64,000 nucleotides of DNA, taken from assembly GCA_043228905.1 (NCBI GenBank), contig JBHGNT010000003.1, positions 13,516,001 to 13,580,000 on the forward strand. The letters are read 5' to 3'. A model generated the notes under the pieces. That model ran no database searches. It was not told the origin of the DNA and worked only from the letters and a program-made list of their open reading frames with translations. This stretch comes from Azolla caroliniana (taxonomy: Eukaryota; Plantae; Polypodiophyta). Of this stretch, positions 49,301 to 60,544 are shown in pieces. Numbering within the stretch: the first letter of the stretch is position 1; every line of letters starts with the position of its first letter. A program made the translations under genes and the position numbers.

Positions 49301-50014
49301 CGTCATAAACATATACTAAAACTTCAAAACTCGTAGTAAAGATTTGAACCCATGACCTCCTCAAAGATGATGTGTAGCTTCAACCACTAGCATACATTAT
49401 ATTACAATTTACATATGTAAAGTAGATAAGGAAGAAACATATATATTATGAAACGTCGCCACTGCATAGGCTAATGCATGATTACCAAGTGGCATGCTTG
49501 CATGAATGCCAAATGGCGATCATGCGTGCCGATGAGGTGGCGAGCATGCATGTATCCAAAGCATGCTATATAAACATGTATCGAAGTATTGATGAACCAT
49601 TCTGGTTCAACGCCAATCTTTGGCATACTCTTGTAACCCTTGTTCTCATTGTTAATACATTTTCAACATCTTATTTCTCTCTCATTCTTTTCTTATTTTC
49701 TACTTCTCATTCTTTTCTTCATTTTAAACTTGTCTTTGGCTACGACCTTGACAGTTTGAACAAGAATCCCTAACCTTCTTCATTGTAATCTTTTTTTCCA
49801 AGGAACTTCTCATCTTATTTTCTCATAACCATGGCAATAGTAAGTGAACAAGAATATATGTGCGTTCTAGGTGATCTTGAACTCTTGAGCACCAAGTTCA
49901 TGGCCTTGGAGCAAGAGAATGAAAGGTTGCTCGCGGATTTACAACAAGTGAATGTCGAGAAAGCTCAACAACATGAAGAATTAACTCAAAGGGTTCATCA
50001 ACTTGAAGCATCAT
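49301..50014 (+). mobile_element. Second Tcn1-like chromovirus 5' end: LTR 49301-49753, self-priming-type PBS, gag N-terminus
   Basis: Same architecture as the 10612 LTR: (C/T)GTCAT start, antisense tRNA-like cassette 49340-49394, TATA 49567, end CTTGACA followed by GTTTGAAC. Coiled-coil ORF starts at 49831. Confidence 0.75.
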
Positions 50015-50118
50015 TAATAAACACACTCCGTTCTGACAACTAAGGCGAATATACCTTCTGAGCCTTCAAGGAGTACTTGTCGGACAAAGGGATCTGACAT
50101 CAAAAGTCCGTTCCTTAC

Positions 50119-51220
50119 TAACAGGAACACACGCTCCGATGAACAACGTTCGGCCACAACCGAGCTTAGAATCAAAATATAGGGAAAAAAGGGGGGGAAT
50201 GGATGCACGACACAAAAGGAGAGAAGAGTACACAGGATGTTTAACGTGGAAAACCCTGAGAGGGAAAAACCACGGGAGTCCACAGACTCCAAACTATCAC
50301 TATATCACTATGATTACAACAGTGAGCTCACGGAGGCAAAGACCTCGTGCTCACGATCTTCGCCACAGGCGGCGGTTACAACAGAGGCAACGACCTCTTC
50401 CTCTCTCTCTCTCTCTTTGTACACTGTTACGCACTCTCTAGTCTTGCACCAACAAGAATGACAACAACACTTTAAGTTTGCCCTAAGTCATATTTATACT
50501 AATATGACTTTTTGGCTATTTACAAATATAGCCCCGATGGACTCTTAGAAACATATTTACGAATATGCCCCTTCATTCGGTGAGCACTTCTCACCGGGCC
50601 TGCATCATCCGGCTCTTGCCGGGCACTTGTCATCCGGTTCTCACCGAGTCTTCACCATCCGGCTCTTGCATGGTACTTCTCATCCGGTTCTCACCGGGTC
50701 TTCACCATCCGGCTCTTGCCGGGTACTCGTCATCCAGTTCTCATCGGGTCTTCCGTTGCCGGGTACTCCTCATCCGGTTTCTCATCAGCACTGTTCTTCT
50801 CACTTCCCATCCGGAGGGACCTATTTCCTAACAAACTCCCCCTTCACTCCGGCATGGGATGTCTTACTAGTTCGATCCGCTTCCGATATGCATCCAGCTT
50901 GTCGGGTATCAGTACTTTGGTCAACATATCTGACCTGTTCTCGGCCATGTGAATCTTCGTCAACGCGAACTCCTGGTCATCTACTCTTTCCCGGATCTAG
51001 TGATACCTTCGCTGGATATGCTTCGTCCGGGAATGGTAGGCCGGGTCTTCCGTAGTTGGGTACTCTTCATCCGGTTCTCACCAGGTCTTCATCATCCGGC
51101 TCTTGCCGGGTACTCGTCATCCGGTTCTCACCGGGTCTTCCGTTGCCGGGTACTCCTCATCCGGTTTCTCATCAGCACTGTTCTTCTCACTTCCCATCCG
51201 GAGGGACTTGTTTCCTAACA
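50119..51220 (-). mobile_element. Internally deleted Tork-like copia (full 3' LTR 50119-50833, PPT, RNase H end, 5' LTR stub ~51042-51220)
   Basis: TSD CTTAC (50114-50118 and 51221-51225). Both LTR starts read rc TGTTAGGAAA. PPT and RNase H end match 6060-6260. Confidence 0.85.
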
Positions 51221-54200
51221 CTTACACACCCATGCAAAATGGAGTGGCCGAACGGATCAACCACACGATCAAAGAGAGAGTGACGACAATGCTCTAGCAA
51301 GCCGGACTGAAGCTAAAGTTCTAGGCCGAAGCATTACAAATGGCAGTATATTTGATAAATCTATCACTGTTGAAGGCAATCAGACTAGAAGTGCCACAAG
51401 CACTATCGTCAGGCAAACAACCGACCTACGTAAGGCTTCGACTTTTTGGATGCGAAACTTAGGCATTTATCCCCAGGGAGAAAAGGAACAAGTTGGCACC
51501 CCATGCAACAAAATGCATATTTCTCGGTTATGGAACCGATGGGGATTTCGCCTGTCGCCTATGGGACCCGGAGAATCGGAAATTGATCCAAAGTAGTGAC
51601 ATAGTCTTCAATGAAGACTCTATCATCTCTGAGTGAAACCAACAGAAATTAGTGGGCAAAATGGTCTCTTTCGAAATCGACAGAGAAGTCTTCGAAAGAT
51701 CGACCCAGCGGGTTAAATCGGAGATTCGACAAATAGTCGATCTCGACCAAACCGACAATACACCTGCCGACTCCGAATCAGTAGGAGGTTCACAAGTCGA
51801 ACTCGAGAACGAAGCCATCAAAGAAAAAGCCGAATCGACAAGACTCAAAAAAGGAAAAGTCGACAAGATGTGAGTCAGAAACAGAGTCGACCCAACCGAG
51901 ACACCCAAGGCCAAAGGGAAAAACAAATCGGAGTCGGCTACATCTCTCAATCCCAAAGCAGGGGAGAATGTGGTGACATCGCCAAAATCGTATTACGGGG
52001 GTGAGTCATCCAAAAGAACTCCAAACATAAGCGGTTCAACAAATGCCGGTTGCCCGATAGAGATGATAGAAGGATCTGAACTGGTCATTACGGCAATGAG
52101 GAGATCTGGATGAAATCGAAGGCCGACAGGGTTCTATCAACTAGGCCTCGATTACGTCAACTACACGGATTGTTGAGAGACAAGCTCAACATTGGGTGCG
52201 TAAACGGTGTGTAATCCAGTGCGTAGACTAGGTGCGTAAAACCGTATGCACAACATGGCCGTAACGGTGCGTAAACCGAGAGGCTGTTAGAACGTTATTC
52301 CTCGTAAGGAATAATTTTGGAAGTAAGTGTAGGATGCTCATTTATGAGCAGTCAAGTACTGTCAGTACTTGTGTCAGCCCAATAGTCAGGGCTTGTATAA
52401 AAGGTGCTCACTGAGCACGAAGTATGTACAGAGAATTATTTGTTGAATATAGTTTAGTTTTTGCTCTCTCTCTCTCTCTCTCCCTCTCCTTCTCTGTGTT
52501 TCTGCATTTTACCGAAATGTTATACTTCCAAACTGTGTACTCTGTGTTTACGCATACACTTCCGCACACATATTCTTTTACATGGTATCAGAGCGCAAGG
52601 GTTGAGACTCCTCTGCAACCGACATAAAAGCTTGCAATAAAGACAGAGTTATGTTATTGTTTTCGTAAAGGATAAGACAACAATATGGACAGAGGAATGG
52701 GAAGCTGGCTACCGACTGAGAAGCTCGGCAGGAGCAACTACGCATCTTGGTCGTACAAGATGCACTAGTACCTGCTTGGTCATGGTTACTGGAGTTATGT
52801 CGACACCTGAATCGACAATGATACAACACCCGAATCGACACACAGAGATTTTTCGGCTTGGGAACAAGCGGCAAGCATAATTCTTTACTGCGTCGTGTCC
52901 TCTGTGAGTGACCAGCGCTTGAGCTACATTCGGGATGTTAAGACGCCAAAGGATGCGTGGGCGAATCGCAAGAGTATTTTCGCCGCTAGCACAACGGCCA
53001 GGAAGTTGCACCTCATGCAGGAGCTCAGCAATGTCTGACAGAAAGATCTATCTATGGCCGATTACACGACCCGAGTCAAGGAGATCTGCAACTCTCTCAC
53101 CTCCGTCAACGTGAACATCGAGGAGGACGAAATGGTGCAGGTTTGTCTTGGAGGGTTAGTGTCAAAGTTCTAAGCACTCCGAACGGTAGTCTGCACAAGG
53201 GAGAATACGCCTTCGTTCTTCGAGCTTCAGTCGATGTTGCTCGTAGAGCAAAATCACGTGGGTGCGTCGACGAGTACGCACACGGACAACAAGATGTTGT
53301 ACACGAAGGAAGATAGGTCCCAAGGTCGTGGTGGATCAGCGCACAATGGATGTGGTAGAAAAGAGAAGAATGTGCGGCATAATTGAAATGCCGGAAGCAA
53401 TTCCATTCCCCAATGAGCGTAATCGTAGTTGAAATCCGTTGGATTTGATCCATTCGGATGTGTGGGGACCGGCTCAGAACGTGAGTCTCGCTGGAAGCCG
53501 TTACTTCGTAACCTTCATCGATGACTTCACTCGGCATACCTGGGCGTGCTTGATCGCGAAAAAGAGCGAAGTCTTCACGCGAAAAAGAGCGAAGTCTTCG
53601 GGAAACAGGGTGTAAGATCAAGTGCCTATGGTTCGATGGCGGGAAGGGGTACTTCTCCAACCAGTTCACGAGTTATCTACAGAAGGAGGGAATTCGACGT
53701 TGTCGTGCCTTTCGGCTCCGGATCGTTGCGTGAGTCGGGTGGGAACCGCCGAGGTTTTGGACTAGGAGAAAGAAGAATATGAGATGAGGCTAGTAATGAA
53801 TAGATTATTAGAAAGAGAGATAGAAATTTCGTGAATCCCACGAGTATATTTTATTCGATTAATCAATATTTAGATAAGAATATGTATTTAGATTGAAAGA
53901 AAGATATAAGAAACTTGTGAATCCCACAAGTATAGATTATATTATTTTCGTGAATCCCACGATTATATTAATCGGTTGGTGTTTTCGGAAATATATCCAA
54001 TTTCCAAATATTTCACACCCTATTACATTGTGCTCCCCATCCTTATGTAGTGATGGGAGAGACTAAGCATAACTACATGCTTTTTTTTTTCTAATATGTT
54101 CATGCACACTAAATGTGCATGTAATGCTTTTCTAATCCTTGCTTTTATTTGCTAAATATAGTGCTCATGCACGCTAGATGTGCATGAGTCACTTTTTAGT

Positions 54201-54443
54201 TGCTTGCATTTTTCTATAAAATATTCACGCACTCTAAAAATGCATGATTTACCTTTTAATAAAGGTAGGCGCAAATAAAGCAATTATAGTTATTAAATCT
54301 ATTTATGAAACACTGAAGATAAGGTAGCATAATGGTAAAGTTGAGGTTTGGCTACGTGGAGGTACAGGGTTCGGATCTTGCCCTATGCACATGATAAATA
54401 TTTTGATATTCTTATTTTATTTATTTATATGTAATTAAATCGG

Positions 54444-56225
54444 TTATATTATTTTTACTTTTTCACGTAGTGTACGAAATACACTACGACACTCGCCCCC
54501 TCCGAACCCGCACATCCTCCGGTATGTGCCGAAGTTGCCGATGCTCGTTGTCTCCCCTTCATCCTCCGTTTGTCCCGCTATGTCAACTTTGTCTCTCCAT
54601 TTTGAGTAGACCCATTCTTTCCACCCGAACCATTGTCGCCATCCGATCCACCATATTCTTTGTTCTCTCTCGTCATATTCTTGGCCCTTGTCATTCGTGG
54701 TAGTGTCTTTTACTGGCCTCTTTCTTGTCTTCATCGACTTTCGGTTTGATCGGCTTCCGATCGGATTCGTATTCGGCCGAATCGGAATCGGTTGTTCGGT
54801 TTCGATTGAGTCAGTCTCCTTCCGGCCCGGTTTTGATCTATCGGTTTCGGTTTCGGTTGGCTTTCTTTTCCTCGTTTTCACCAGCCTCGACCGGTCCAAC
54901 CTCCGGTTGAGTCGGATTGGCTTCTTTCCGGATCGGTCTCGTCCGATCGGCTTTCGGCTAGGTCGGCTTCCATCCATATTCGCGTTCGGCCAAGTCAGAC
55001 TCAGTCGATCGGTTTTGACCGAGTCGACCCCTTTTCGGGTCGGCTTTCTTTTGGGTCGTCTTTCGGCCGAATCCTCATTCGCCCGGTTCGGCTTTCGTTT
55101 GTGTCGTCTTTCGACCGAATTCTCTCCCTTTCGGTTCGGCTTTCTTTTGGGTCGACTTTCGGTTGAATCCTCATTCGCCCGGTTCGGCTTTCTTTCGGGT
55201 CGTCTTTCGGTCGAATCCTCTTTCACCCGGTTCGGCTTTCTTTCGGATCGGAATCCCGTCCGGATCACCTTCCATCCGAACCGGCTTCCGTCTTTACCTT
55301 TCTTGCCGCCACCTCCTGTCTCTCCAGTCTCACGTTGGTTCTCGAATACAACCGCCGAAGTCTCTAGAATTAATGGACAGGAATCCACGGTATTATCGTC
55401 CTCCGTTGTTTCACCCATAGCCACCTCCTTGGCTATCTCTCCTTCGTATGCATCGGCTTCGACCTTCGTTTCGTTGCCGCCACTTTCCTTATCTTCGGTG
55501 TTATGTCGACACACGGGCTTGACTACCGAAGTCTCCGAAACAATGGTGAAGGAATCCCTTCGTTCGTGCTCATTTACTTTGTCTTCCTCGTCGCCCTTCC
55601 GGTCCTCCACCTTTCCGCCGACACATCCCGTCTCTCCGGTCTCACGTTGGTGCACGGGCACAACCGCCAAAGTTTCTGGAACCGGTGTGGGGATACCCTT
55701 TCGTCCTCGATCTTCCTCCTCCTCGTCCTTTGTTGGCCTCGACTTTGGTTCGGTTTTAAGCTCCCCTTCAATGTCGACTTGCGACTTTTCATGCATCTCC
55801 GAACCCTTCCGCATCAAGCTCTCCTTCAGTGGAAGTCGGTGGCCGCTTCTCACCCACTGTTGACCGCCGTTCGTGGACCATGTCCTTGTCTGCTTCGGTC
55901 TTAGATAGTCATATGCGTCTCGTATAGCTTCTTCAAAGGACTCCCATGTTGGATTTTGTTGCCGTATCTTGAAGATTCTTTCTTGTAACTCATCCGTGAC
56001 TACCCGACTGAAGGATATCACTTGCAATCCTTCCGGTATCCCACATCGCATCATCTCCGTCTTGTAGTCATGTAGATAGCGTGACACATCCTTTCCGTCG
56101 AATTCCCTGTTTCTTTGCACAAGCCGCACTACTGCCGATTTCATCTCTGACATTGTGTGTTGCTCTTCTTGCATCCGCTTAATCATCATCATCATCATAT
56201 TCATCGCTTCTTGTTGATTCTCCAT
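54444..56225 (-). CDS. Gag-like protein (593 aa): capsid-like N-terminus plus long acidic and then basic repetitive tail
   Basis: Open from ATG 56225 into the 3' LTR. The N-terminal EFDGKDVSRYL...TWESFEEAIRDAY segment resembles retrotransposon gag. 16-aa repeats RKPNRxxEDSxERRPx. No protease, RT or integrase motifs. Confidence 0.7.
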   Translation of the reverse strand: MENQQEAMNMMMMMIKRMQEEQHTMSEMKSAVVRLVQRNREFDGKDVSRYLHDYKTEMMRCGIPEGLQVISFSRVVTDELQERIFKIRQQNPTWESFEEAIRDAYDYLRPKQTRTWSTNGGQQWVRSGHRLPLKESLMRKGSEMHEKSQVDIEGELKTEPKSRPTKDEEEEDRGRKGIPTPVPETLAVVPVHQRETGETGCVGGKVEDRKGDEEDKVNEHERRDSFTIVSETSVVKPVCRHNTEDKESGGNETKVEADAYEGEIAKEVAMGETTEDDNTVDSCPLILETSAVVFENQRETGETGGGGKKGKDGSRFGWKVIRTGFRSERKPNRVKEDSTERRPERKPNRANEDSTESRPKRKPNRKGENSVERRHKRKPNRANEDSAERRPKRKPTRKGVDSVKTDRLSLTWPNANMDGSRPSRKPIGRDRSGKKPIRLNRRLDRSRLVKTRKRKPTETETDRSKPGRKETDSIETEQPIPIRPNTNPIGSRSNRKSMKTRKRPVKDTTTNDKGQEYDEREQRIWWIGWRQWFGWKEWVYSKWRDKVDIAGQTEDEGETTSIGNFGTYRRMCGFGGGECRSVFRTLREKVKII

Positions 56226-56881
56226 CTCCTTACCACCCGGTTTCACGTCGGGTTCACCAACTGTGTCGTGCCTTTCGGCTCCGGATCGTTGCGTGAGTAG
56301 GGTGGGAACCGCCGAGGTTTTGGACTAGGAGAAAGAAGAATATGAGATGAGGCTAGTAATGAATAGATGATTAGAAAGAGAGATAGAAATTTCGTGAATC
56401 CCACGAGTATATTTTATTCGATTAATCAATATTTAGATAAGAATATGTATTTAGATTGAAAGAAAGATATAAGAAACTTGTGAATCCCACAAGTATAGAT
56501 TATATTATTTTCGTGAATCCCACGATTATATTAATCGGTTGGTGTTTTCGGAAATATATCCAATTTCCAAATATTTCACACCCTATTACATTGTGCTCCC
56601 CATCCTTATGTAGTGATGGGAGAGACTAAGCATAACTACATGCTTTTTTTTTTCTAATATGTTCATGCACACTAAATGTGCATGTAATGCTTTTCTAATC
56701 CTTGCTTTTATTTGCTAAATATAGTGCTCATGCACGCTAGATGTGCATGAGTCACTTTTTAGTTGCTTGCGTTTTTCTATAAAATATTCACGCACTCTAA
56801 AAATGCATGATTTACCTTTTAATAAAGGTAGGCGCAAATAAAGCAATTATAGTTATTAAATCTATTTATAAAACACTAAAG

Positions 56882-56948
56882 ATAAGGTAGCATAATGGTA
56901 AAGTTGAGGTTTGGCTATGTGGAGGTACAGGGTTCGAATCTTGCCTTA
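56882..56948 (+). promoter_or_regulatory. tRNA-like Pol III cassette in the LTR, antisense to the element (second copy ~54319-54385)
   Basis: TAGCATAATGGT (56888) and GGTTCGAATC (56931), 43 nt apart. Flanking ATAAGG/CCTTAT can pair like an acceptor stem, and TTTT follows. Confidence 0.55.
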
Positions 56949-59900
56949 TGCACATGATAAATATTTTGATATTCTTATTTTATTTATTTATATGTAATTA
57001 AATCGGTTATATTATTTTTACTTTTTCACGTAGTGTACGAAATACACTACGACAACGTGAATTCTCGTGTAGATATACGCCGGAACAGAACGACGTAGCT
57101 GAGCGGAAGAATCGGACAATCGAAGAAGCCGCCAGGGCAATGCTTGAAGAGAAGCATATGCTGTAGTTTTACTGGGCTAAAGCTGTAAGGACGGTTGTTT
57201 ACTTACAGAATTGGACTTCTGCTAATGGAGGAGTGTCGCCACATGAGTTGTATTTTGGAAAGAAGCTGAACTTGGCACACTTGAGGATTTTCGGTAGCAT
57301 TGCATATGTGCATGTGCTGAAGGAGAAATGGAGGAAGCTGGACGCCAAAGCTGAAAAGTGCATCTTGGTTGGCTACTCGGACGAATAGAAGAGTTATAAG
57401 TGTTATAACCCTCGAACCAAACAAGATCGCATAAGTCGTGATGTTGTGTTCGACGAGTCCGCGTCGTGGTACTTGCCTTCGACTCCAACCCTTGACGACT
57501 CCATTCCGAATTCTGATGAAGATGTTAGCAAGTCTGAGATACCTTTGCGTGATGAGGATATTAGAGCTCTGGGAGAGAGTCCGATCTCATTTCGGCTAAG
57601 CGGGCCAAATGAGGGGTTGAGCCGAGATGGCCGACCTTTTGAAGAACCGTTGAGTAGTGGAGACTCAGTCGTGTTGTCCCCGCGTAACGAACCGAGGAGA
57701 TGGTTTACGCCTAAAGAAAAAGGGAAGAAGAAAATGTCGGAGTAGGATTTTGGTAGTGCCGAGTCAGATCGGAGCGAATTTGACTTCGGGCCAATCGAGA
57801 AGGAAGCTCCGCGAAAGAGGTTGAAGTCGGCCGAGAGGGCCGCGAAATCGGCTAATCACGAATTACGCTGATCTACCCGCCTAAAGAACCTTGTAAAGAG
57901 ATACGGGTATAATGCGTACATGACGTGAGTGGCGGAAGTGCGTGAGCCCGAGAGCTACATAGAATCAGTAGAAGACACAAACTGGCGTGCCACGATGGAG
58001 GAAGAGATGCACGCGTTATCGGACAATGAGACTTGGGACCTAGTTGATGCACCGAAGGGTGTGAAGCCAATTGGATGTAGATGGGTGTATAAGGTCAAGT
58101 ACAACACCGACGGCTTAGTCAACCGCTACAAGGCCCGATTAGTGGCAAAAGGCTACGCACAGAAGCACGGCGTGGATTACGACGAGACCTTCGTGCTGGT
58201 CGCGAAGATGACCACCGTGCGTGTTTTGCTAGCCGTAGCAGTGGCGAAGGGGTGGCGCTTACATCAGATGAATGCAAAAAATGCGTTCCTGCAAGGTGAG
58301 CTTCAGAAACAGGTGTACATTGTATAGCCCCCTGGATTTCTATCTGAATAGAACACTTCGGCCGTTTGCCGATTGAAGAAGTCTTTATACGGACTTAAGA
58401 AGGCCCCGCGAGCTTGGAACACAAAGATTGCGCAATAGTTGCGTAAGATGGGGTTTGCGCTATTGAAGTCAGACTCTTCATTGTTCGTTCGACAAGGTAA
58501 ACATGGACTGGTTAGCCTTCTACTATATGTTGATGATTTAGTCATCGCTGGTGCCGATTTGGAAGAAATCCGCCGCGTGAAGTCTCAGCTTGAGGCATCA
58601 TTCGACATGAAGGATCTTGGAGACCTTCATTACTTCCTCAGGATCGAAGTGATCCGTTCCCCCGAAGGCACATTGATCAGCCAGCGTCACTACGCGTTGA
58701 ATATGCTCTTTAAGTTTGGGATAGCAGATTGTAAGCCCATCTCGACCCCTCTCAATAGAAACGTAAAGCTTCGTTGAGATTCGGGAAAGGCGTGCGACCC
58801 GACATGGTTTCAACAGATTGTCGGAAGCCTCATCTACTTGACGATCACTCGGCCGGACCTTAGCTATCCGGTATGCTTGATCAGTCAATTCATGTTGCAG
58901 CCTATGACCGAACACTTTCAGAGCGTGCAAAGGATATTGCGATATGTCAGTGGCACTAATGACATGGCGTTGTTGTATCACACAGGTGTAACCGAACAGT
59001 TAGTTGGCTACACAGATGCCGATTGGGCCGGAAATGCCAACGATTGTAGATCCACATCTGGATACGCATTCTCAATGGGAAGGCAATCGTGTGGAGCAGT
59101 ATGAAGTAGTCGACAGTGGCATTGTCGAGCACAGAGGCCGAATATCTTGGGGCGAGTGTCGCTACATGCGAAGTCATTTGGCTAAAACGGCTATTACGGG
59201 ATCTGCATGTGGAGGTGTCCACTCCAATGACGATCTATTGCGACAACCTCAACAACATCCAACTTGCGAAAACCCCCGTATTCCATGCTCGGACCAAGCA
59301 CATTGAGGTGCACTACCATTTTGTCCATGAGCGTGTCCTTTTCGATGAAGTCGAACTAGCGTATGTACCGATAGATTAGTAGATTGCCGACATCTTCACC
59401 AAGACCGTTGGTCTCGACAAGTTGCGGCATTTCTCGGGTGAGTTGGGATTGCGTCACCTCGACACACCAAACTTGAGGGGGAGACAGGAATAGGAGCGTG
59501 AAAGGAGCAGTAGTGACCGCGATGTCGAGACGGATGAAGAATTCGATTTTGGGCTGGTTGAAGAAGCCGAAGAAGTGAGCAAGTGCCGTAATCGCAAGAA
59601 AGAGCCGAAGATAGCCAAGAAGGGCATAAAGGCCAAGACCAAGACGTGGTTTGATGTTGTCAAGTGCCTAAAGATAGAAGAAGAATTGGAGATATGTAAA
59701 CGGAATTGGATCGGAAGTGACCGATTTAATCAAAACGTTTGATTCGGACATTACGAATCGACTGAGGGCCAAGCGCAGAAAAGGGCAACGAAAGAGGCAC
59801 CAACATCGTGACAGGAAGGGAGCTAAGAAGGGCCACATGAGCAGACAAGCCAACAGAAAGGGTCGAGGCGCGCAGAATTGGACGGGTCGAGGAGCACGAG

Positions 59901-60544
59901 CAAGGTGTGAAGCCAGGGGAAGCCGGAGTGAAGATCCAGAGGAGCACGCGGAACCTCAAGTTGAGCTTGAGGAGGAGTGTCGAGAGACAAGCTCAACATT
60001 GGTGCGTAAACGGTGCGCGTAGACTGGGTGGATAAAACCCTACGCACAACATGGCCGTAACGGTGCATAAACCGAGAGGAATAATTTTGGGAGTAAGTGT
60101 AGGATGCTCATTTATGAGCAGTCAAGTACTGTCAGTACTTGTGTTTGCCCAATAGTCAGGGCTTGTATAAAAGGTGCTCACTGAGACGAAGTATGCACAG
60201 AGAATTATTTGTTGAATATAGTTTCGTTTTTGCTCTCTCTTTGTCTCTCCCTCTCCTTCTCTGTGTTTTTGCGTTTTACCGAACTATCATACTTCCGAAC
60301 TGTGTGCTTTGTGTTTATGCATACGCTTCAGCTCACGTATTCTTTTACACGGATGCAAGCGAACCCAGCACATACGAGGAAGCTATAGCCGCACTGAACA
60401 CTGATACATGGCTCAAAGCCATGAGGTTTGAGATGGACTCGATTCATAAGAATTAGACGTGGGAGTTGGTCGAACTACTAGCCGGAAGGAAGCCGCTACC
60501 CAATAAATGGGTTTTTCGGTCCAAATATGTATCCGATTCGGAAC

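Larger units (their letters stand above)
53701..57054 (-). mobile_element. Gag-only non-autonomous LTR retrotransposon (gypsy-like)
   Basis: 791-bp LTRs 53701-54491 and 56264-57054 (about 8 mismatches counted), 4-bp TSD ACGT, PBS TGGTGAACCCGACGTGAA (tRNA-Trp 3' end), PPT GGAGGGGGCGAG. Confidence 0.92.
52171..60349 (+). mobile_element. Ty1/copia family-B element, degenerate, carrying a nested gag-only element
   Basis: LTRs 52171-52582 and 59978-60349, TSD CGGAT/CGGAT, PBS TGGTATCAGAGC (52583). Gag remnants, SDVWGP integrase, YKARLVAKG, LYVDD, TEAEY. Protease region deleted. Confidence 0.92.
50015..60544 (+). mobile_element. Decayed host copia (integrase to RT start) split by two nested insertions; own pieces 50015-50118, 51221-52170, 60350-60544
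   Basis: Reading continues across the insertions: LRSDN...KSVPY|TPMQNGVAERINHTIKER..., and VNYTD|ASEPSTYEEAI...EMDSIHKN. Confidence 0.8.

Noticed and set aside
54688-55863. 391-aa antisense ORF opposite the gag-like ORF
   Set aside because: Expected shadow of a GC-rich repetitive frame. It has a non-ATG start and no recognisable domain.
56882-56948. Functional tRNA gene
   Set aside because: No convincing anticodon or T stems. Treated as a tRNA-derived promoter-like cassette only.
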